From Halocafeteria seosinensis (taxonomy: Eukaryota), in NCBI GenBank assembly GCA_001687465.1, contig LVLI01000263.1, positions 1 to 64,000 on the forward strand: a stretch of 64,000 bases of DNA. Reading direction: 5' to 3'. The position numbers were made by a program, and so were the translations under genes. Positions 55,022 through 64,000 of the stretch are shown here, in pieces (position 1 is the first letter of the stretch; each line of letters opens with the position of its first letter). Under the pieces are notes generated by a model. That model worked only from the letters and a program-made list of their open reading frames with translations. It made no database searches and was not told where the DNA came from.

Positions 55022-55624
55022 TGTCAAATCACAAACGATTGTTTCTCTGTCACATACGACCGCGCTGACGATGAAATGTATTCACCTTTTGTGACTTGGA
55101 ATCTGCTCCCGCAGAACTCTCATTCTGACGAGTACGCTTGCCTGTAGCACTCATTCTGCTACGGATTGGGTAGCAATGGTTGAGCTGAGAAGTACGAGGG
55201 TCACACACGTACACACGAGAATGAGCACTTGCTGATGCAACAGTATATTTACTATTTGCACGTCTCGTGGCGTATTACATGTCAACAACAGCGCCAATAT
55301 TTCCTATTAAAGCCTTAATTCAAAGGGCCTTCCAAGCTTCAATAAGTCTCCAGGTTGTGAAGTAATCAGAGCAAGTTTGACTCAAAGCGACCAAAATTGA
55401 TGAGCATATCAACCTACCAATTCCTTTACTATCTGCCCATATGTTGCGCTTTATGCTTTCATTTACTAGTAGTATACTCTAGAAGAATATCGGACGAGAA
55501 TAATCTATCCAGTCCCAAAAGCACGAAACCGCATCGTGCGTTTCTCTCCACTTCCAAAATATAGCGACTTGCCAACTCGAAAGGACCAAGCGGCAAAACC
55601 ATGTTACCTTATCTCGTGAACTCC

Positions 55625-56411
55625 TCAAGAAGAGCAATCAGCTCGCTGATATATCGCTTTCAGTCGTTCCTGTATCTGCTTGCCATGCATTCGAGATGAT
55701 ACGGCCCTGGCGTCAGCATAACCACTCTCGGTGGACATCTCTGTATCCTCTTCCTCCGCGATTGGGACATTTTCTTCTGAGTCATCTATCCTTGGTTCCG
55801 TATTTGAGAATTCGGCAATGTTCTTCTCGTAGCATTTGAGTAGTCTAGCAAGTTCTGTATCGATGTCTGCACGTCGGCGTGCTTTGACTTTCGACGGTAA
55901 CTCCAGGAGTATACTGTCGAGTTCCTTGACTCCATTGACATATCTGCAAAACCATAGTCGTATAAAGTTGTTTCTTCATAAGGGAAATAGGGCTTTTCGC
56001 ATCATACGTACTCATCGTCACTAGTGCTTGCCAGCATCTTGTCCAAAGTAGAATCGATGCGCTGTCGCAGTTTACTGAACGAAGCCGAAGCAATGAGACA
56101 CTTCCAAGCCGTTATAAAGGAAATTATCGACTATTTTGCAGCTGCTACCTTACGTTTCGTCTAGTTCCGTATGGTCCTCCTTCTCGTCCTTCTCCTGTGT
56201 TTCGGGCTCATCGGGGAGAAATGCCGTGCTGCGTCGAACCGCATCCAGATCGACCTTGTCGAATTGTGGCGGTGCAGGGCATATAGAGTTCTCCCCTGAC
56301 ACGAAAGATCAGCACAGTCAACTACGATAAACCGCGGAAATTAGGGAACTGTAGCTACTACTTACGATAGAGTCGATAGAATGGAGGAGGTGGTGCAGTC
56401 ACATTCAGCAT
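55625..56411 (-). CDS. divergent Mediator subunit 7-like protein, 4 exons
   Basis: Spliced ORF MLNVTAPPPPFYRLY|RENSICPAPP...; the PPPPFY motif is characteristic of MED7. Three GT-AG introns give a continuous frame to TGA 55625. Confidence 0.5.
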
Positions 56412-56723
56412 TGTAGGTACGGATAGTGGCCGACTCAGAAGAGCGTATCCATTGCACAAATCGGCATGGAAATGGGCAGATCCACATCGGCTCCATGTCA
56501 GGTTATCAATCTATACTCACCGTACGCTCTGAACAAGGGCGAACCCCTGGACGTCGCAACGTGCAAGTTGGATCACGCCGCGTGATTCACGCGGCATGGC
56601 ACCTTCACAACCACATCGGTGTTTGACACAACGCCAAGGTACAACCGTAGTGTTAGATTTAGTATAGGGTTGGTTCTAGTTTCTCTTGTATATAGCTCCA
56701 GAGTTAGTCGTTCCACTCACAAG

Positions 56724-57873
56724 ATGGACTTGAAAAGTTTCCTTGTGCTATCGCTCTATGTGGCTGGAATTCTGAGACGTCGGCGGCAATATGCCCAGGA
56801 CCCGAAATATGGGTTAGCGGTGAGCAATATACACGGAAAGCGCAGTCATAAGCGATACCTGAGACTTCAAGAGCAAAAGAAGGAAGGGACGTTGAAACAG
56901 AAGCAGCAAAAGGAGAAGAAGAAATGGAAGGACTTTTTGATGGCAATGTCGGAAGGTGAGGCCCCCCGAATGGTCACTTCGGTCTGTATATTATCGACGT
57001 GAGCAAAGTTATGCCTGATGACTTCACAGACGAGAGAAAACAATATGTGCTGAATCGGAGGGATTTAGTGGAACTACGGAAAGTATGTCGCGATAAATTT
57101 CCGCAGTGACCATGCGCTCCCCATAGCATCACATTTGAACTCCTCCAGAGACGAACACGAGAAGCGTTCGCCGTGGGCCTCAAGCTCTGTATTGACCTAT
57201 CATATGCATCGTATACTCACGATAGAGTAAGTTTAAAGCTAATGTAGCCGTTTCCTCATCACGTGGAATTGCGCTTATATCTCTTGGGGCAGGAGCGCAA
57301 TAGTCTGTATAGGCAGATACAACGAGGGTGGGGAGCGAACCGAAAAGCTCAATCCCCAGTGGCAATATATCTGACTTCTTGTACGCCTGAACTGCGTGCT
57401 GAATTACAACCGAGGGGGCTGAACGGCTGGGAGGTAGTAACCTACCACGAGAAATTCGATGCAGTATTTCCAGAAGGCGATATCATTTATTTAACTCCAG
57501 ACTCGCCTAATGTTCTTCAAGAACTCAGCGAATCTAAAATTTACGTCATCGGAGGCGTCGTTGACCGTCCTATCCGTAAAGTAAGTACCTCCCAGTCCGC
57601 CGGGTTATTTTCTTGGACTCAAGAATCTGCGACCCGCAGAACATTGCTCTCGAAAGAGCACGCGAATCTCAAGTACACCACGCGCGTTTACCAATTCCTG
57701 AATATACTGAGCTGAGTCCTGGCGCGAGTGTGCTCAATATCAATACGTTGATAGAGATTATGGCGTATTGGCACTCCTGTCGCAACTGGAAAGAAGCGAT
57801 TGAGCGGGCTCTTCCACAGCGGTACATCGCTACAGCGCGAAAGAAGAAACGTCAAGCGCTCAGTTCCCCTTGA
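56724..57873 (+). CDS. TRM10: tRNA m1G9 methyltransferase TRM10 family (SPOUT), 5 exons
   Basis: CIDLSY, SLYRQI...ANR, IIYLTPDS, YVIGGVVDR, ARLPI, VLNIN, W.EAI...LPQR. Confidence 0.9.
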
Positions 57874-58963
57874 TCCAACTCATACCTTGCTTCAAAAGCG
57901 TTTCGGCAGATGACACGGCCATCCTAGAATCCATTTTCTTCGAACGCTTTTTGAATGGTTTGGAACCATTATGTTGCTTTTGTTGACGTTGCCTCTTCTG
58001 CGGCACTGGACGCTCCTTTATCGTCGGATCACCCGATTGTGCACCACTGGCTGCGCTTGCACTTGCAGTTGCACTCGCAGCACCCCCGTTTTCCTTCTTC
58101 GTCCGTTTTGGTTTTGTCTTGTTTTCTAAAGACTCCAATTCCGGGACAAGTGGCGGTTTGCTTTTCTTCCTAATGGATAGCTCCCAATGGCGTCTCAAAT
58201 GTTTATAAATGCGTAGGGCTGCGATTGCATCTTCTGCTGGATTGTGCTCGCCCGTTTGTATATGCTGCCCTGTAATATATTTCGCAAGAGTTTTCAGCTT
58301 CCGTGGCCGCAACTTGCCAGTCCTGGTTTTGCGCATCAATGGGGGATACTTCGCGGTATCCCTTATTTGTTTTCGAGGATGGTCCAACATGAGCGCTTTG
58401 AAATCACTGTTAAGACCGTGTCCGATAAGTATCCGTCCGTCAAGCATATCCGCCACTTCCTTTTGTACCGTCTTGAAATTCCTAGCATTTTTTAGGCTGT
58501 TTGGCGTTATTCCGCTGACGTGAGTTCGGTAGTCTGTTACACCCTCAATTGTTTGGACGTATTTAAGATACACGATCTCCTCATTGAAGTTTACGATGCA
58601 GACTTGCGCTAGAGCGGACCTGCTCTTTGTACCCACTCCTACCTGCATGCGCAATATCAATGTGCAAAAATACACTTAACCAGTGTAATCGTGCTATGCG
58701 TACCATTTCACAGTCTAGGGCAAGCATCTGCGTAGGCTTTCCGGTGACTTCCGTCGGTATCGATGCAGCGGCGGCTATTGCTTCGGTGTCAGTTTTGTGT
58801 TCATCGTTTCTGCATTAATTCAGATAGAGGAGACAATTCAATCTGCTAACATTTTTTAGAGGTTTCAGTAGAGTGTCATATATACTACATACGACGTATC
58901 CTTGAGCTTATTTTGGATGGAAGAGGCACCAATTTTTCGTGCTAGCTTGAACCAGTTCGACAT
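57860..58963 (-). CDS. REX4: RNA exonuclease 4 (DEDDh), 3 exons
   Basis: MSNW start, LALDCEM|VGVG, DYRTHVSGI, LIGHGLNSDF, IRDTA, IQTGEHNPAEDA. Confidence 0.92.
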
Positions 58964-59316
58964 CTTCTCCTTTGGTTCCTTTGCCGCACAAACTTCCTAT
59001 TCGATTTCACGGCAGAAAAAAAGTAGGATCGAAGCTACTTCAGTTGAGCGCTCAAGTCTGCATATCTGAAACTAACAAGTGTTTATAGTCTGGCGTCAGC
59101 AGGCTGACGAAGTTGAAGTATGGACGCCTGACTCCGGTAGGAGAACAACAACGTCTTTATCGTTAATTGACTCAGGCTGAGGATTGATGGAAAGCATGTA
59201 TACATATCGATAGCACGATTCACTTAATATTTTAACAAAGGCCAGGTATTTCACCCTTCACTTCGAGTAGAAACAGGAGGCAGCCGCGGTTTATTTGTAG
59301 CCAGTTTGGTGGGACA

Positions 59317-59604
59317 ATGGATTCCATGATTTCAGCAGAACATCGAGGGACGAAAGATTATCTGATGTCCGTACGTATTGTTCACTTTTGTGTTCAAACT
59401 TTATTCATACATGAGTCCTATTTTCAACCTATCATCCGACTGGTTCGGCTGCAGGAAATCGGTCCACATCTCGCGGAGGCGTTGGCGAAATTGGCCATTG
59501 AAAGGCCGCCACAACCCTTGCAGTGGCTGAGTGATTACTTCCATAACCTGTCCGAAGAGACGGGAGAATCCCAAGTAAAGGATAAACACAACTGGGATGA
59601 ATGA
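59317..59604 (+). CDS. small Dpy-30-motif protein, 2 exons
   Basis: KDYLMS|EIGPHLAEALAKLAIERPPQPLQWLSDYF matches the Dpy-30/RIIa-like dimerisation motif. Intron at 59371-59454. Confidence 0.8.
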   Translation: MDSMISAEHRGTKDYLMSVRIVHFCVQTLFIHESYFQPIIRLVRLQEIGPHLAEALAKLAIERPPQPLQWLSDYFHNLSEETGESQVKDKHNWDE

Positions 59605-59692
59605 TAAACTCTACGTATCAACACAAGAAAGAGTTTGCAAGCAGACACTCCAAAAACATCAGCGACAGTGTAACATTCAATATTTATGCAAT

Positions 59693-60500
59693 TCACTTAA
59701 GCAAGTCCCAGCCACCGGATTGCAATAAAGATGCTGCTTCAGAATTCACTACCGCCCCTCTGTACGGGTTATCCGACTCGCTTTCGCGTTGGCGTTTCTT
59801 ACGCTTTTTCGATTTCTTGGTGGGTTCCGACGGTTGATCCTCGGACACAGGATGGGGCTTGTTTCCCACGATTCTGGAAGCAAAGCAAACAGTTTATAAG
59901 GAAACAGTAATTACATGTAAAGAATATACTATCCAATATCGGTTGTTATGTACTCACATTGTCGAAGCGAGAGAAGCCGCCAAAGAGGCATCCAGCGTTA
60001 CTCGTTCAATTTTACCGAGCCATCTCCCACATCGTTTTAGGCGTTCTCCTATAGATGCCACACATGTTAGCAAAGCAAGAGTTTCGCGGACGAAGCGGAC
60101 AGAACCCATTTCAGTCCCAAGGTGTCTGTACAGTCGTGTGGTACTGGTCAGCAAGAACGTAGCTGCAGGGAGACTGTGTTGCTTACCTTGCTGCAAGGTG
60201 CAAGCGTTTGAATGCTTCCTTATATAAGGCGTTCAGGGCATTCTTGCTTTGCTGGCCTTGTGTTTGCATCGTAGTTTCAGCTTCCTTGGCATTGGCACTT
60301 AGCGATTCGGTAGCCTTCACAGTCCGCAGGCATGATTTATATGCATTCGCTGATGCCCGAAAATACAACGTACGACGGTGCTGGTTTTTCAACTTGTACA
60401 TGTATCCTTGCATCGTCTTGAGCTCTTGGCGTAGCTCATGGATCTGCTTGTCGATCTGCCGTAAAGAGAGGTTGATTTCAGATTCGTTCTGTTGCTCCAT
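59693..60500 (-). CDS. short NEPRO/Rmp1-like (DUF4477-like) protein, 3 exons
   Basis: MYKLKNQHRRTLYF resembles the Rmp1/NEPRO Y.N.NQHR motif; basic NLS-like KKSKKRKKRQR tail. Confidence 0.45.
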
Positions 60501-61227
60501 GTTCCATAGTCCTGTGTCTCTGCTACAGCCACCCTACCACACACACAGCCGTCAGAAGTTGGTGTCGTCCCTCTTCATTGTTGCAAGATGACAAACAGAA
60601 GACGTTAGTTCTTTCAAGTTTAAATTAAGGAACGCGGCTCAGTATTCCGGAATCCAGATTAGCGGCAGCTACTTCAACGTAGGTGGTGCAACTTCAGGCC
60701 GAGGTTTTTGTGGATTCAACTTCAGGTCCTACACGTAGTTATAGGAGATCTTGTGTATTCAACTCCAACTATATATATAAGTACCCGTTAGCCGAGACTA
60801 CTAGTTATTTTGTGACCCACTTGTCTACGCCAAGTTTGTGACCGCATACTACCTATGGATGGGTAGCACCTCGACCAATACAGATGGGTTAAATGGACGA
60901 ATGGGATGGATAAGGAACTCCTTAAGAAGAGACAGTTCCCAGATACCAATAAATTAGGTCATCTTCGTATGTGCATTCATGTTTTCTGAAACGCTCTAAC
61001 TGGTCAGCTCAGCAGAGGGTTGCTTGTTTTGCAGTAGCTGAGTCTTCCATGATACGCATGGTCCTCCTTAGGGAATACAACCACCATAGAGGGTGAGGAA
61101 ATAAACAAGCGCTGCTCGCAGTGGGTAGGAAATTCCAGAGCAATAAATACAGAGGGTGAAGCTTTCCAATGCAGCGCGGGCGACACATTCAACCTCGCTG
61201 TTTTCCCTGCATACTAGCACTCGATTC

Positions 61228-61902
61228 CTATCCCTCCGCGGCCTTCATTTCTTTCCCAACTTCTTTCAGTTGGGAAACATTGACGCCGTCTATAGACTTC
61301 CCGAGGAACTGAAGACGACTCACATTGATATTGTCTTCATCAGGATTGTCGAAAAACAAATGCAAACTAGTAACTGCATAAAGACGACAGAGATCCTACT
61401 TCATTTGTCCTCGACGCTATACCTCCGAATACCGCTTACCTTGCTGGAACTTCGTGAAACGAGTTTCCAAAGATTTACCTTCTCTGGTTAAGTTAGCATC
61501 GTGCAAATCAAACGATTGGGTTGCAGGTTCATCTTCTACCTCTTCGAAGCCTACAGTGGGTTTGTTGACGAAGACTTTCATGGCAGCCGGTCTGGGCTTG
61601 CCTTCGGGGGCTTCTACCTTGATAGCGCGTAGTCTAACAGGAGACCGAAAAGGGATATAAACAATTAACTGATCATCCGCATCGCTTGTTAAACATGCCC
61701 CACCTGCATTTGACAACATAGTTTGAACCACATCGAAGTTTCTCCAAGTCAGAATCCCCGTACCTCCACGAAGGATCCCCTTCCATTCGTTTTCTTGTTT
61801 GACATTCAGCGCATAAGTACTGTTAGTGTCAATGGAGTTTAGCAGATCCTCCATTCCTGTGGCGTTGCCCGCCGCTGAGCCTCCTTCTTGCGCTTCCGCC
61901 AT
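61228..61902 (-). CDS. PITH-domain protein, 2 exons
   Basis: LTSDADDQLIVYIPFRSPVRL, KVFVN, GFEEVED, RFTKFQ|.VTSLHLFF. Confidence 0.88.
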
Positions 61903-62339
61903 TGCGTCTATCTTGTTTCTGTCTGCTCGACAAAAGGCCTACCAGCTGAGTATCTACCCACGACGACAAACTGTATACATACTCAACCCTCTATCTAAAT
62001 AGAGACCGAGAGGATAAAAACAATAGTACTTTTAGTAGTTCCTCTATTGCTACCTTGGTGGTAATAACGTTTGTGATGAGCCAGCAAATTTCCAGCCAAG
62101 TTACTGGCCCAAGTAGCGCGTTTTCCGCATGGCAGGACTGTGGGGTTCAGAGACACTGTGTAAATACGAATAGGGTTTGTCCCCATTGTTGAGTGTTCAA
62201 TAGGCGCATCATAAGCGTCGCATTGTGTTAGAACCATAGTCACTCGTGGTTTGCGCTGTTTCCATGTCTAAGAATATCCGGGAACGTAGACAACCCAAGT
62301 AGCAGCGCTTAGACATTCCCAAGTTATACTGTAGTGACA

Positions 62340-63001
62340 ATGTCGTATCGTGCATTGAGTGCTTTACGGCGCTCTTCATCAGCACTTCGTTGTAGTGGTG
62401 CTAGCCGGATACCTCAGAGAGGAGGAGGGGGGCATTCGTGGCCTCCTACAAAAGGACATATTGAGCCTCCAATACAGCGAACGCCGCTGCCGAGGAAAGA
62501 TGTAAGCTGTAATATAAAAAAGTGCACGCAACCGCGTGCGTATGCATATGTTAGTGTGGCTTTTACATTGCTCCTGCAGTTATTAGAGGAAGATGAATTG
62601 ATATGGAATGATGGAGTAGCTCCTGAAGTATGTCGGTTGCCCTTACTGAGAGGCTTTCATACTCTTGTTTTCACGTTATTTCTCGTTCGTGTTTTCCCTC
62701 AGACTGCGCTGGATTTCGATGCCCCTCACGTCAGTAAATGGGAAGGATTAGCATGGTGGTTGGGGAGTTTCCTCTTTGTCTATCTCAACTACAAATTTAT
62801 TTCGTCTTTCGATATTGCTAGCATGAAGAAAACTGTAAGTCGCTTTTTGTTGAGTGTCGTAGGTTCACGATGGAAACGCTTCAACATGGTAACTGTATCC
62901 AGGCACCGAGAGAAGTACCCGAAAGTACGCGAGTAGCTGAGGGCTTGTACGAGGACGAAAATTACGCCAAAGGACCTGAGCTACTGAAGAGAGCAGAATA
63001 A
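62340..63001 (+). CDS. NDUFB8: complex I accessory subunit NDUFB8 (ASHI)-like, 4 exons
   Basis: Mitochondrial presequence ending RGGGGH; EDELIWNDGVAPE|TALD...EGLAWWLG followed by one TM segment and APRE. Confidence 0.75.
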
Positions 63002-63037
63002 TAGCGAACTAAGGTTCCTCACTCTCTCTTGAAAATT

Positions 63038-64000
63038 CTACCAAACATTCCCAATGATAGTATCGGGTGGCGCACTATCTTCGCCTAATCTCTCGCTCAG
63101 TTGTATATATGCGGCTGCCCGTTTGAGCGATTCTTCCTTGCTGAGCTGGAACACTTGGAACAAATTCTCGACAGCTAGCTCCCATTCATTTTGGGTTTTC
63201 TTCTGCCTTAGTTGGTCGAAATACTTCCCGAGTATTATTGCATGTTCCATGCCTAGCTGCATTTACAACACAGTTAGAGGTATTACCTGTTAATAAGAAA
63301 TCACACTGACACATTACCTTTTCAAAGCATGCTTGCGTACGCATAATGGCAGGTAGTCTCTTATCGACGGGGAAGGAGCTAAAGGGGTCATATGGTTGCA
63401 TGTTTAACATAGCAATATCGCCTTCTACTCGACAATTGAAGATGGACGATGCTGATGATGACAGAATAGAGTTCGGGAACTTCTCTGTTAATCCTGTGGC
63501 TGTCACCTTGCGGAGGTCCTCCTTGGTAGTCTGGTGTAACGAAGGAATTTTCTTCCGTAGATTGTCTAGATCTGTGGGTGCATAGAAGAGGGTTCAGGCT
63601 GTCGAGAGTGCCGTATAAGTTGGCTATACAGCTAAGAGAAAACTCACCGTTGATATTTGTCCAATTGATCTTGTTCCTAATGTAGGATGCCGTCTTATCA
63701 ACGTCTAAATCGACGAACACGTACTCCATGTATTCATCTCTCTCTACACTGCCATAAATGCTTTCCCTGGCGTTCTTTATAATAATATCTTCCAAATACT
63801 CTTTTCTCAATAGATCGCTACTTGGAACTGCTTTGCTCCCCCGTCCCCATGTTGTGGCCAGCGTTTCCCACTGATCCCCAGCACCAATAGATGGTGTCAG
63901 AGTTAGTGTGACATCTGAACCATCGGTAAAGTGTCTTCGAAACTCCTCTGCTATTTCTTCTCTTACCATCGCTGTAACAATGTTTACCTCTGTATTCCAT
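63038..64000 (-). CDS. 3' part of an unidentified multi-exon gene (runs off the window)
   Basis: Three ORFs joined by GT-AG introns (~63576-63647 and ~63259-63317), ending ...IIGNVW*. No recognised motif. Confidence 0.6.

Noticed and set aside
55125..55200. Hammerhead-like CTGACGA-GTAC...GTAC-GAGG
   Set aside because: It lacks the required GAAA and the stems I/III with an NUH cleavage triplet.
60640..60780. Short direct repeats CAACTTCAGG / ATTCAACT followed by TATATATAA
   Set aside because: Too short and irregular for a CRISPR array or satellite. Possibly promoter elements, but unsupported.
62744..62756. GATTAGCATGG resembling U6 snRNA
   Set aside because: It lies inside a NDUFB8 exon and lacks the ACAGAGA box and the rest of U6.

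Overview
Gene-dense nuclear DNA from a eukaryote, with about 33 intron-containing protein genes. Introns are canonical GT-AG and mostly 55-110 nt; the standard genetic code is used. POC1 suggests a flagellate, and several protein types look stramenopile-like (inference only). Content is mainly housekeeping: TyrRS, MAEA, Rab-GDI, DRG1, CCT7, POC1, mtHsp70, enoyl-CoA hydratase, NAF-type CIPK kinase, TFIIS, RsmI, a Slo/BK-type K+ channel, MFAP1, complex I subunits NDUFA7 and NDUFB8, Vps39/TGFBRAP1, NVL/Rix7, Rab21, DPH3, Twinkle, NLE1, TRM10, REX4 and a PITH protein. I found no tRNA, rRNA, CRISPR array or transposon. The best leads are: two abnormally long, strongly structured introns in mtHsp70 (one with a hairpin-masked internal 3' splice site leading to a premature stop, one with a pseudoknot-like fold); a candidate poison exon in CIPK intron 1; a 4-exon 79-aa tandem beta-thymosin/WH2 protein missed by the ORF track; a clan-7-like P450; a frame break in the K+ channel; and overlapping convergent CDSs. 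Exon boundaries were assembled by eye and family calls come from motif recognition, not database searches.
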